This document shows, in pieces, positions 1-7,785 of a stretch of DNA of 64,000 nt. Positions within the stretch are counted from its first letter, which is position 1. The number at the start of each line of letters is the position of its first letter. A program made the translations under genes and the position numbers. Origin of the DNA: an uncultured virus (IMG/VR IMGVR_UViG_3300021185_001360) (taxonomy: Duplodnaviria; Heunggongvirae; Uroviricota; Caudoviricetes); IMG/VR virus record IMGVR_UViG_3300021185_001360. The stretch is one strand, 5' to 3'. The notes under the pieces were generated by a model. That model was not told the DNA's origin. It searched no databases and saw nothing but the letters and a program-made list of their open reading frames with translations.

Positions 1-61
1 CACCACTAGATTGTATACGGCTCAGAGCCACGATTGCATTTTCTAATTCTTTACTCATCAT
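1..61 (-). CDS. Partial hypothetical protein (MMSKELENAIVALSRIQSSG..., runs off the window)
   Basis: ATG at 61/58 with GAGAGG RBS, downstream of promoter 95-122; not in ORF track. Confidence 0.6.
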   Translation of the reverse strand, partial: MMSKELENAIVALSRIQSSG

Positions 62-94
62 AGTATTAACCTCTCTTTTATTAACTATACTTAC

Positions 95-122
95 AGTATA
101 ACACTGATTCGATATTTGTCAA
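95..122 (-). promoter_or_regulatory. sigma70-type early promoter with GAATC in spacer
   Basis: TTGACA-16nt(aatatcGAATCagtgt)-TATACT. Confidence 0.8.
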
Positions 123-126
123 GTTT

Positions 127-426
127 TTACAACATATCCAATATAGGAGACTTCAACCAAGCACGTAAACCCTTTTCATACTGTATTGAATCAGCAAACT
201 TCTGTTTGTCAAATGGTTTGACAATCGTTTGTTCTAGGGCTTTCATCTTCTTGGCTTGTACTAGTGTTACACGTACACGTTTGTTATCATCAGTAAGCAC
301 TGACGTAAGCGGTTTAGGGTTCCCTTGCGAGTCTTCTATCTTAGAAAACTGTAGGAACATCTTCGCTTGTTTATACGACGGACCGTATTCATCTTCTTCT
401 GTTCTGTTATAACTTTCTTTGCTCAT
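127..426 (-). CDS. Hypothetical protein, 99 aa
   Basis: ORF with GAGG RBS; same orientation as neighbours. Confidence 0.7.
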   Translation of the reverse strand: MSKESYNRTEEDEYGPSYKQAKMFLQFSKIEDSQGNPKPLTSVLTDDNKRVRVTLVQAKKMKALEQTIVKPFDKQKFADSIQYEKGLRAWLKSPILDML

Positions 427-536
427 AATACTACCTCTCTGTTAGTTTGTTATTTGCGTGTCCTCCGAAAAAGGCGTCGCGGAAACTCTTTCTCTTTCGG
501 AAAATTTTTCTCATATAGATAAACTACTCATATAAT

Positions 537-683
537 CTATTGTTGTCTAGTCCTCCGAAGTTCACGTTTAACCCGTTTCATTTCACGATACATGTGCCAA
601 CGGTATTGCAAGTATTCAGACCCTATAATAACGGCTGAGACAATGATTGACGCTATCCCAATGATAATCCAATCAGAATACAT
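537..683 (-). CDS. Small membrane protein, 48 aa (MYSDWIIIGIASIIVSAVIIGSEYLQ...RRTRQQ)
   Basis: Hand-translated; ATG overlaps the upstream stop (TAATG); N-terminal hydrophobic helix and basic tail. Confidence 0.6.
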   Translation of the reverse strand: MYSDWIIIGIASIIVSAVIIGSEYLQYRWHMYREMKRVKRELRRTRQQ

Positions 684-1063
684 TATGATACCGCCATCAA
701 TTCTATCTTACCACTTGCTGAGTTAGGTACTAGTTCCATGTGTACATTCTGCTCAACAGCCGCATCAAGGATAATCTGTTCCATAATCGGTTCTACTATC
801 TCTGTAATACGATCCCACTGACCTTCATAGTAATACCCGTGACGATATTCAGGTAATGGTAATTGATCCCGGCGTAAGCCTAACACACGTAACTGCCTAC
901 CCCTATTACCCAATCCGTTATTGAATATGTCATGTACTACATTCCCTGCTTTACGTAGTCGCTCTAAACACTTATTCTTATTCACTGAATGTACAGAACC
1001 CTCTAGTGGAATACTTTCATCTAGTTTATATACTACTGATTCTAAATCTTTACATACCCACAT
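683..1063 (-). CDS. Hypothetical protein, 126 aa
   Basis: ORF directly downstream of promoter 1092-1119. Confidence 0.7.
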   Translation of the reverse strand: MWVCKDLESVVYKLDESIPLEGSVHSVNKNKCLERLRKAGNVVHDIFNNGLGNRGRQLRVLGLRRDQLPLPEYRHGYYYEGQWDRITEIVEPIMEQIILDAAVEQNVHMELVPNSASGKIELMAVS

Positions 1064-1091
1064 GTTTAAACCTTTCTTTGACTATAGATAT

Positions 1092-1119
1092 AATATATCA
1101 CTGATTCTTTATTTGTCAA
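1092..1119 (-). promoter_or_regulatory. sigma70-type early promoter with GAATC
   Basis: TTGACA-16nt(aataaaGAATCagtga)-TATATT. Confidence 0.75.
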
Positions 1120-1123
1120 GTTT

Positions 1124-1453
1124 TTATTGATAGTATTTTGGATTATTATATATCTCATCAGCAATCATATTATTCTCATGTAGAATAGCTAACTGAGTAT
1201 GTGGATGAAACGCAACACACATAAATCCATCTTCTTCGTATAGCTTAATGTTCTCTTGATACTCATGTTCAGTTAAACAATCAGCATACTCTAAGTGAGT
1301 TAATCCTGGTTCTAATACTAGATAGTCATGCTTGAAGTTGACAAATTCGGTATCGGGTTCTAAATCATGCTTAGATAAAAAGTTCTCATACATAGTAGTA
1401 GCAAATGAGTTAGAGGCAGAACTTATATAGTTAGACATATTAGTAACAATCAT
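1124..1453 (-). CDS. Hypothetical protein, 109 aa
   Basis: ORF with AAGGAG RBS behind promoter 1483-1511. Confidence 0.7.
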   Translation of the reverse strand: MIVTNMSNYISSASNSFATTMYENFLSKHDLEPDTEFVNFKHDYLVLEPGLTHLEYADCLTEHEYQENIKLYEEDGFMCVAFHPHTQLAILHENNMIADEIYNNPKYYQ

Positions 1454-1482
1454 AGGGGAGACTCCTTAATTAAGATATACAT

Positions 1483-1511
1483 AGTATACATGATTCTAAC
1501 GGTTCTGTCAA
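1483..1511 (-). promoter_or_regulatory. sigma70-type early promoter with GAATC
   Basis: TTGACA-17nt(gaaccgttaGAATCatg)-TATACT. Confidence 0.8.
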
Positions 1512-1825
1512 GTTTTGGCACCCTATACATGACACGGTGGTAAAAATATTCTGCGTATTTTTTTGGAATGTGGATCCAATATAAAAAAGTGGTAAACACT
1601 GTATAGGGAAACCCTATATGGAAATAGAGGCAAAAAATGGTCTGCGACCAAACGCCACCTCCAGGCCAAACACTTTCCTACTATATATACAAAAGTTCCG
1701 ATTCGCAAGGCCTTTTATTTTATTTTTTATTTTTACCTGAATCTTTTTGTTTTTCTTTCCATGCACGGTAACCATCAAGCCACGCTGTTTCCATAGTAGT
1801 AGGAGTCTTACTCTTAGACTTCTTA

Positions 1826-2170
1826 CTATGCTTGTGCTTTGCCGTTATGTTCTTTTTTCCATTCCCATTCATCTGTACTCCATTCGTAATCATCATAGTC
1901 TACCCCATCCTCATAGTCTATGGGTATGCACTCTGCTATCTTATGAGTAGTATACAAGTCACCAGTATAGTCTGAGTTCCAGTCCTGTGCTGATACTTCT
2001 ACTTCCTCTCCCTTATAGAACCCATCCTTATATACGACACGCTCTATGCCTCCACACTCCAGTACGGCTTCTTCTGCCTGCTCTGGAGAGTCCGCTACTA
2101 CATCATACTCTACCCATGTAGTGTACGCTGTCTTAACCCTGAACTTCTGCTTACCTATATCTTTATGCAT
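1826..2170 (-). CDS. Hypothetical acidic protein, 114 aa
   Basis: ORF overlapping the upstream gene's stop. Confidence 0.7.
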   Translation of the reverse strand: MHKDIGKQKFRVKTAYTTWVEYDVVADSPEQAEEAVLECGGIERVVYKDGFYKGEEVEVSAQDWNSDYTGDLYTTHKIAECIPIDYEDGVDYDDYEWSTDEWEWKKEHNGKAQA

Positions 2171-2384
2171 TGTTATCCTTTATTACAGTTGCTTGATACT
2201 TCCCGTTAACAGTATATAATATCTTATACCTATCATAGTATGTCTTAGGGTCCCATGCTATGTTCTGTAGCTTCTGTTCCCACATAGCACGATAGTTCGG
2301 GTCTATGTTGTCTGGTAAACGATGTATAAACTGTTTTAGTTTATTAGCACGTTCCCATTGAGTATTGAAATCAAATGGACCCAA
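2163..2384 (-). CDS. Hypothetical protein, 73 aa
   Basis: TTG start with AGGAGG RBS. Confidence 0.65.
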   Translation of the reverse strand: MGPFDFNTQWERANKLKQFIHRLPDNIDPNYRAMWEQKLQNIAWDPKTYYDRYKILYTVNGKYQATVIKDNNA

Positions 2385-2552
2385 TTAGTCCTCCTGTGAT
2401 AGCAACACTGAACGTAGCATTAATACAATGCCAGACACAGTGAATATACCAAACCCTAGCCAGTTATTTGATTCGTAACCGGTTGGACCATCGATGCATC
2501 CTACTGCTAATATCATACAGATGATGCCGGTTATACCATAGAATGTACTCAT
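2385..2552 (-). CDS. Small two-helix membrane protein, 55 aa (MSTFYGITGIICMILAVGCIDGPTGYESNNWLGFGIFTVSGIVLMLRSVLLSQED)
   Basis: Hand-translated; ATGA overlap with the upstream gene; fills the gap exactly. Confidence 0.65.
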   Translation of the reverse strand: MSTFYGITGIICMILAVGCIDGPTGYESNNWLGFGIFTVSGIVLMLRSVLLSQED

Positions 2553-2758
2553 TGATACTTACTCCAATATTCGTTCCACATTTCTGACACTGTTTCTTCA
2601 ATATCGTTTTCATCAAGGCTTAAGTAAAGGCTTTCCTTGTTATACTGTACTGCATCAGCAGTTGCTTCTGAAACGGTATCATTACTCTTAATAAACTCTG
2701 CACACTTATCCCAGAACTGTTCTTCCAGTTCCATTACCCATGCTCCTGTCTTAGACAT
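2549..2758 (-). CDS. Hypothetical protein, 69 aa
   Basis: Coupled to the upstream ORF (TAATG). Confidence 0.7.
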   Translation of the reverse strand: MSKTGAWVMELEEQFWDKCAEFIKSNDTVSEATADAVQYNKESLYLSLDENDIEETVSEMWNEYWSKYQ

Positions 2759-2985
2759 TATTTGCTCACTTTCTGTTTGTTTATGTGTGAGGCAACCAGT
2801 GCATCAAACCTTGTCATGTAATCTACCATACTCAGACTGTTACCGTCAGCGTCCATGAAACAATCAGCATCAACATAGTTCCAGTTGACCGAACCATCTG
2901 AATTAAGGTTCTCTGGGTTAACAACTGCGGTTGCGAATACTGATTCTAAATTTGTCATACTTGTTTCTCTCACTTTATTTCTCAT
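2758..2985 (-). CDS. Hypothetical protein, 75 aa
   Basis: ORF immediately behind promoter 2995-3022. Confidence 0.7.
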   Translation of the reverse strand: MRNKVRETSMTNLESVFATAVVNPENLNSDGSVNWNYVDADCFMDADGNSLSMVDYMTRFDALVASHINKQKVSK

Positions 2986-2994
2986 TATGTATAT

Positions 2995-3022
2995 ACTATA
3001 ACATGATTCGCTATATTGTCAA
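2995..3022 (-). promoter_or_regulatory. sigma70-type early promoter with GAATC
   Basis: TTGACA-16nt(atatagcGAATCatgt)-TATAGT. Confidence 0.8.
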
Positions 3023-3071
3023 GTTTTTAATACCGGAGGCCAAACATATATATGATATAATATATATGATT

Positions 3072-3305
3072 AAAAAGGTTTAATGTTAAACCATTACCGG
3101 GCGGTTTTGCATACGTATGCAAGGTTTCCCGGATAACCGTAACAGTACAGGTTCAGGGAGGCCAAAGGCCTCCCGTCACCGTTCTCTACAGTATTGCTTA
3201 ATTGCCTGATACCCTACGTATCCCAGCCTAGGTTTAAGCTACCCGAACTATGGGTTTTGTTTGTTTAATGACGTAAAAACCAGGGCAACCCTTAAAACTC
3301 GTCAT
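3072..3305 (-). ncRNA. Candidate structured non-coding RNA or multi-hairpin element
   Basis: GC-rich intergenic patch with several perfect stems (3107-3122, 3156-3174, 3268-3305) ending in a hairpin plus U-tract (3072-3092); family not recognised. Confidence 0.35.
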
Positions 3306-3339
3306 AGTCGTATACTTTCCCATCGTAGCCCATTAGACA

Positions 3340-3708
3340 TTAGTTCAAGTAAAGAGGACCTGTCCATTGTATAGTGTAATCATCATCGAAGATATTACCT
3401 CGAGCGGCGTTTAGAGCAGGAGCCTGCCATCCAGCGGCTTTAAGGATATCACCTTTGTTGAAACACTTACTTCCTTTATTAAAATCATCTTTAGCGATAA
3501 AGCCCCATACTGAACTTCCGCTAATGACTTTGATATACTTTTGTCCCTCTTTAAGGGTAATCTTTGAATTGAATTCAGCAATCATGGATTTATTAACTTC
3601 CGATAACTCTTTCGTACCATTACGTGAAGTCCAACGGTAATAATCGTCTTTGATATTCTGAATTAAATTATCTAACTGTTGTTGCATATTTGTTCCCTCA
3701 TCTTTCAT
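3340..3708 (-). CDS. Phage hypothetical protein (KAAGWQAPA...ARGNI...WTGP motif)
   Basis: ORF behind promoter; motif recalled from T4-like phage early genes. Confidence 0.75.
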   Translation of the reverse strand: MKDEGTNMQQQLDNLIQNIKDDYYRWTSRNGTKELSEVNKSMIAEFNSKITLKEGQKYIKVISGSSVWGFIAKDDFNKGSKCFNKGDILKAAGWQAPALNAARGNIFDDDYTIQWTGPLYLN

Positions 3709-3719
3709 TCTATACTTAT

Positions 3720-3748
3720 AGTATACACTTGATTCGCGGTTTTGTCAA
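3720..3748 (-). promoter_or_regulatory. sigma70-type early promoter with GAATC
   Basis: TTGACA-17nt(aaaccgcGAATCaagtg)-TATACT. Confidence 0.8.
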
Positions 3749-3750
3749 GT

Positions 3751-3930
3751 TTAATCGAAAAAGTTACCCAACACCCAAACGAACTTAGTATCACTTACTT
3801 GACTCCATACTCCATCAGACCAATTATTCCACAATATAGCTTTATTGGCATCTTCCATAACATCAAGGCCGTTCTCTGCTTGTGCAGTAAATACGTCACC
3901 TAAATGATTTTCAAATGTAAATGTTTTCAT
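3751..3930 (-). CDS. Hypothetical protein, 59 aa (MKTFTFENHLGDVFTAQAENG...VLGNFFD)
   Basis: Hand-translated ORF between two promoters, purine-rich RBS. Confidence 0.7.
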   Translation of the reverse strand: MKTFTFENHLGDVFTAQAENGLDVMEDANKAILWNNWSDGVWSQVSDTKFVWVLGNFFD

Positions 3931-3958
3931 ATTCTCACTCTCTTGTTAGTATGTATAT

Positions 3959-3986
3959 ACTATAACACGATTCGCTGTATTGTCAA
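3959..3986 (-). promoter_or_regulatory. sigma70-type early promoter with GAATC
   Basis: TTGACA-16nt(atacagcGAATCgtgt)-TATAGT; 28 bp at 3963-3990 identical to 34407-34434. Confidence 0.8.
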
Positions 3987-4022
3987 GTTTATGGCAAAAC
4001 TATTTCCCACGTAGGGCACGGT

Positions 4023-4268
4023 TTTAATTCACTATAGGGGAACAGTATAGGGTAACTGTAGAGCATAGTTGTGGAATACGCTATATAATTCATCCAGAAT
4101 GGTGGCGAATCACGCTGTAACACGCTCTAAGGCGCTCTAAAGGTACATTTAGCCCATATGTTGCAGGAAAATAAAATAATTACCGCTAGGAAGAGGACGT
4201 TGTTCCTAAAAGGAATTATGAATATACCATTAATTAAATTAATTAATTATTTAATTCACTATAGGGGA
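4023..4268. repeat. 19-bp direct repeat TTTAATTCACTATAGGGGA (4023-4041, 4250-4268) enclosing three 10-bp-phased CGCTSTAA repeats (4111-4140) and an AT-only tract
   Basis: Read directly from the sequence. Confidence 0.7.
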
Positions 4269-4537
4269 TACTTATCTTCTGAGAACCGTAACCAGAATAC
4301 CCATAACCGTTTAAGCACTGATACCTTTATCGTGGGTTCATTGTGTTCACCATGTATCTCTGGGAAGTATTTCTTATAGTTCTCGTTATAGTCTGGTTGA
4401 TTACTTAAATCATCACTGGGTAGTATCTTCACTTTGAGTTTCCCTATTTCTGGATTGTTTCGATGGTTCATCACTGTGTGACGTTCTGTTAGTAATGTAC
4501 TTGTATGTAATATACCTGTCCCGGACTGTGATATCAC
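4259..4537 (-). CDS. Possible hypothetical protein (start uncertain)
   Basis: ORF track only; overlaps the 4413-4709 ORF. Confidence 0.35.
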   Translation of the reverse strand: MISQSGTGILHTSTLLTERHTVMNHRNNPEIGKLKVKILPSDDLSNQPDYNENYKKYFPEIHGEHNEPTIKVSVLKRLWVFWLRFSEDKYPL

Positions 4538-4709
4538 TATCTTTAGGCCCTAGTGAGTGTAAGAATCTATAAAGCAGTGGGAGAGAATGAGTAATCATAA
4601 CTACTATACCACGCACGTATGCAGTATGTTTATACCCACTACTGCTATGTTCTGTAATAATCTTGAACCGTCTGTATATAGTATAATCCCGTGAATAGGT
4701 TGTTTTCAT
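4413..4709 (-). CDS. Possible hypothetical protein
   Basis: ORF track; weak RBS. Confidence 0.35.
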   Translation of the reverse strand: MKTTYSRDYTIYRRFKIITEHSSSGYKHTAYVRGIVVMITHSLPLLYRFLHSLGPKDSDITVRDRYITYKYITNRTSHSDEPSKQSRNRETQSEDTTQ

Positions 4710-4771
4710 AGTCTGTCTCAGTTATGTTATTTAGCTCTGTTTATTACTATTACCTTTATCGTTATCTAGTG

Positions 4772-4987
4772 TTATCTGTATTTAACCAAAGTTATGAATT
4801 CTCTTTCGGTAATATCATGCCCACTTCTAGCACGATATACTTTATAAGCTGTAGTACGGTCTGGAGTATCTATTATGGACATTGCACCGTTCATAATAGA
4901 ATAAGTTCCCCATAGGCTACTGTATTCTATCGTTAGGTTATTGTAGCGTAGGTTTGTGGTGTCAGCGGGATTAGGTTTATCGCTCAT
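4772..4987 (-). CDS. Hypothetical protein, 71 aa
   Basis: ORF track. Confidence 0.45.
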   Translation of the reverse strand: MSDKPNPADTTNLRYNNLTIEYSSLWGTYSIMNGAMSIIDTPDRTTAYKVYRARSGHDITEREFITLVKYR

Positions 4988-5093
4988 TTAATTTAATCAG
5001 TTGTTAATTAGTTCAAAAAAATTTACCGAAGAAGTCGCTACGCTCCGGGCTTCGCCCTTGTTTTCTCTTTTATATCTAACTCTGAGTTGCGTT

Positions 5094-5327
5094 TTACTCG
5101 AATGTCCGCAAGTAGTCAGCTAAGTCTCGTAAGTTGTCTAGCTTGTCTAGTTCATCATCTGAGAATTCGCATCCCATTATATCTTCTATTGAGACTAGTA
5201 GTTCTATAGAATCTAAGCTATCAATACCTTTATCTTTAAGAGAAATGCCTGCATTAATATCCTCATCTGTAACTGTTATGTCTAATCGCTTGAGTATTTC
5301 GTCTTTGAGTATTTGTGTGCTATCCAT
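5094..5327 (-). CDS. acpP: Acyl carrier protein
   Basis: 77 aa, acidic, GIDSLDSIEL phosphopantetheine-site motif; coupled to the upstream radical SAM gene. Confidence 0.88.
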   Translation of the reverse strand: MDSTQILKDEILKRLDITVTDEDINAGISLKDKGIDSLDSIELLVSIEDIMGCEFSDDELDKLDNLRDLADYLRTFE

Positions 5328-6253
5328 TAGTATTCACCTTCGTTTAATTTAATATGTTCATATAGTGGGGCAACAGTCCAGTTTTCTGTTATTCTTCCGC
5401 GTCTACGTGAATTTGGGTCAGGTATTCCTGAGTCATTGTCTGTGTCCCAGTTTGTTATTTTAACCCAGTGTCCACGATTAACTAATTTATTACCTTCTTT
5501 GAGTGGGAATAATATAGTATTGGGTTCATCATTATATATTCCGTACATTGGATTATCGTGATGACTCCAGATATAGTCTTCTGATATGTTCATTTGTTCT
5601 GAGCATAACTTAACTAACTGATTTAATTTAACATTATCTGCGACTTCTGTTTGATATCTACCTAATTGTCCTACGTTTTTAATTCTCATAAAAGCATGAC
5701 GTATTGATTCACGTTCAAAGAGTTCTAATAACTGACCGGGTGCTGTTTCATTTACATCTGGAACAATGATTGTACCTGTGTCTAGTATCATTTTACGTGC
5801 TTTAATATTACGCAGGGCTTTTATTTTCTTTTCGGCACAGCGTAGTTCATCAATCTTTTCATACCAATCATCATTATCTACTCCATTGAGTGATAGGTAA
5901 ACATGTCGTAAACCTGTATCATGTAATTCATCAACGTATCTGCGTGATGATAATCTTAATCCGTTTGTAAGTAAAATGCAACGATGTCCGAATTCAAATA
6001 CTGAACGAATAAATTCACCACACTGTGGGTTCATTGTAGGTTCAGCACCAACTATTCGTATCATGCAACGACCATTTAAACGTGATAAGAAATCACGAAA
6101 CTTTTCTAAGTTCATGTCTGGGATTTCACGATTTGGTATGTAACAATTCTTGCAAGACATATTACATTTGTGTGTGATATCAGCCATGATATCCATAAAT
6201 GTGTTTTCTTCTGGGAGTTGTTCGTGATAATTAAGTAAGATGTTATCTATCAT
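5327..6253 (-). CDS. Radical SAM protein
   Basis: CNMSCKNC (CX3CX2C), GAEPT, TNG. Confidence 0.9.
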   Translation of the reverse strand: MIDNILLNYHEQLPEENTFMDIMADITHKCNMSCKNCYIPNREIPDMNLEKFRDFLSRLNGRCMIRIVGAEPTMNPQCGEFIRSVFEFGHRCILLTNGLRLSSRRYVDELHDTGLRHVYLSLNGVDNDDWYEKIDELRCAEKKIKALRNIKARKMILDTGTIIVPDVNETAPGQLLELFERESIRHAFMRIKNVGQLGRYQTEVADNVKLNQLVKLCSEQMNISEDYIWSHHDNPMYGIYNDEPNTILFPLKEGNKLVNRGHWVKITNWDTDNDSGIPDPNSRRRGRITENWTVAPLYEHIKLNEGEY

Positions 6254-6266
6254 AAATAGTATTTAT
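6252..6266. promoter_or_regulatory. Palindromic divergent late-type promoter ATAAATA-G-TATTTAT
   Basis: T4 late consensus is TATAAATA; one copy per strand at the junction of divergent genes. Confidence 0.55.
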
Positions 6267-6280
6267 CAGGGAGTAAATTC

Positions 6281-6913
6281 ATGGATAAAAGAAGCGTAGC
6301 ACGTAACCGAATTGATAAGCCATTATTTAATTGTCTTGGACATATGAGTTCGATGAACCTAGAATTAATTAATGAATTATATGATACCCAACCAGAAGAA
6401 GATGTACTGGATGTAAGTATTGGTTTGCGTAAGTCAGTTAACTTAGATGCATATAATATGAGTGATGAATTTATGACCTTGGTTAATACTCGTAACTATC
6501 ATCAGAAATTAATATCTAAACCCGCAGTTGCAGAACCTGTTAATGAATATGATTGGACTGTTCATAATGTAAAATATATACCTGTTATAAATGAATTACG
6601 TGATATATTGTCTGTACCTGAGTTATATAGATTACGTATGGGATGGATGAAGTCAACAGAAAGAATAGAACCACATATAGACCAACCACATATCGATAGG
6701 TTTACTATGATTATGCGTGGGGAACATAGATTTGTTATTACTAAACGTGGGGTTGAACATGAGAGAATAATGAAGCCCGGAGAAGTTTGGTATATAAATA
6801 CTAATTGGGATCATTCAGTATATATTGATACTGATGAGCCAAGAATAGCACTACTTGGATGTTTTAAATACGAGAAAACACTTGCTATTTCAGACGATTT
6901 GAGTTATAATTAA
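6281..6913 (+). CDS. Fe(II)/2OG oxygenase, aspartyl/asparaginyl beta-hydroxylase-like
   Basis: PHID...HSV...R facial-triad pattern, MKPGEVWYIN cupin motif. Confidence 0.75.
   Translation: MDKRSVARNRIDKPLFNCLGHMSSMNLELINELYDTQPEEDVLDVSIGLRKSVNLDAYNMSDEFMTLVNTRNYHQKLISKPAVAEPVNEYDWTVHNVKYIPVINELRDILSVPELYRLRMGWMKSTERIEPHIDQPHIDRFTMIMRGEHRFVITKRGVEHERIMKPGEVWYINTNWDHSVYIDTDEPRIALLGCFKYEKTLAISDDLSYN
6882..6910 (+). promoter_or_regulatory. sigma70-type promoter
   Basis: TTGCTA-17nt-TATAAT upstream of 6937. Confidence 0.6.
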
Positions 6914-6936
6914 GTTAATTAAAAAGGGAATATTAT

Positions 6937-7656
6937 ATGTTATATGCAAACGGATGCAGTTTCACATATGGAACTGGTCTAGCCCATAAAGACAGGGCAT
7001 GGCCTTTTGTACTTGCAGAAAAGTTAAACATTTCTGATGTAGAAACAGAGGCACAGCGTGGAGTATCGAATAATTATATTGTTCGTAATACTATTACTAC
7101 TGTAAGCGAGAAGCTATCAGCAGGTGAAAAAGTTGATTTTGTTGCTATTGGTATGACCGCTCCTACTCGTAGAGAGCATTTTATTGAGAGCAAGAATTTA
7201 TTAATTCATAATATTCCATCGCATGAGTATCATGGGAATATTAATTTAGATGAGCAAACTAACCGTGATTTAGATTTATTTAATCAATTATATATGAAGA
7301 ACTTTTGGTCTCCTATATATGATTTTCATTGTTATCTAATTCATTTAATTACGTTACAGAGTTTCTTTAAGGCAAATAATATACCTTATTTAATATTTAA
7401 TTCACTTAATTTAACTCCTAATTTATTAGAGCCAACTAAGTTCACAGAGTTATGTGAGCAAAGTGATATGGTCTCAGTGTATAAACAATTAGATATGAGT
7501 AAAATTTACGAAGACCAAACGTTTTTTACTTATATGTATGAAAAGAAAATGTTCTTTCCTGTAGAAGGAGATGAACGTTATATGCATCCAGATGAAGATG
7601 CTCACGCCGAATGGGCTGAGATATTACATCAGGATATCAAAGGAAGAAAATCATGA
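6937..7656 (+). CDS. SGNH/GDSL hydrolase-fold protein (esterase or acyltransferase)
   Basis: GCSFTYG block I, GVSN, C-terminal HP..AH..WA. Confidence 0.75.
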   Translation: MLYANGCSFTYGTGLAHKDRAWPFVLAEKLNISDVETEAQRGVSNNYIVRNTITTVSEKLSAGEKVDFVAIGMTAPTRREHFIESKNLLIHNIPSHEYHGNINLDEQTNRDLDLFNQLYMKNFWSPIYDFHCYLIHLITLQSFFKANNIPYLIFNSLNLTPNLLEPTKFTELCEQSDMVSVYKQLDMSKIYEDQTFFTYMYEKKMFFPVEGDERYMHPDEDAHAEWAEILHQDIKGRKS

Positions 7657-7769
7657 TTAAAAGAATAGTCGATATTATTCTTTACCCTTGGACAGAGTTC
7701 AAAAGACGTAGAGAAATGAAAAAAAGATTAGAGGAATTAAAGAAGCGTGATCCATTCATTTATAAATAG
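7653..7769 (+). CDS. 38-aa small protein (MIKRIVDIILYPWTEFKRRREMKKRLEELKKRDPFIYK)
   Basis: Hand-translated; ATGA overlap with the SGNH gene, AGGAAG RBS; precedes the carbamoyltransferase. Confidence 0.65.
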   Translation: MIKRIVDIILYPWTEFKRRREMKKRLEELKKRDPFIYK

Positions 7770-7785
7770 GCGTGAGCCTGTTATA

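Noticed and set aside
95..3990. Recurring ~28-bp motif as a CRISPR array or IS ends
   Set aside because: Spacing is irregular (hundreds of bp, containing genes), copies are degenerate with clear -35/-10 boxes, and no cas or transposase genes are present.
4023..4041. TCACTATAGGG matches the -8..+3 core of the T7 promoter (also at 4256-4266)
   Set aside because: The upstream specificity region (TAATACGAC) is absent and no single-subunit RNA polymerase is seen; kept only as a direct repeat.
5015..5070. GGGC-TTC-GCCC hairpin and GTCGCTACGCTC downstream of the ACP gene
   Set aside because: The stem is short and its T-rich tail is on the strand opposite the ACP transcript; not enough to call a terminator or other element.
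7653..7769. 38-aa ORF as a RiPP precursor for the radical SAM enzymes
   Set aside because: No leader/core pattern or Cys-rich motif, and no RRE, dedicated peptidase or exporter in the island; better explained as a carbamoyltransferase accessory protein.
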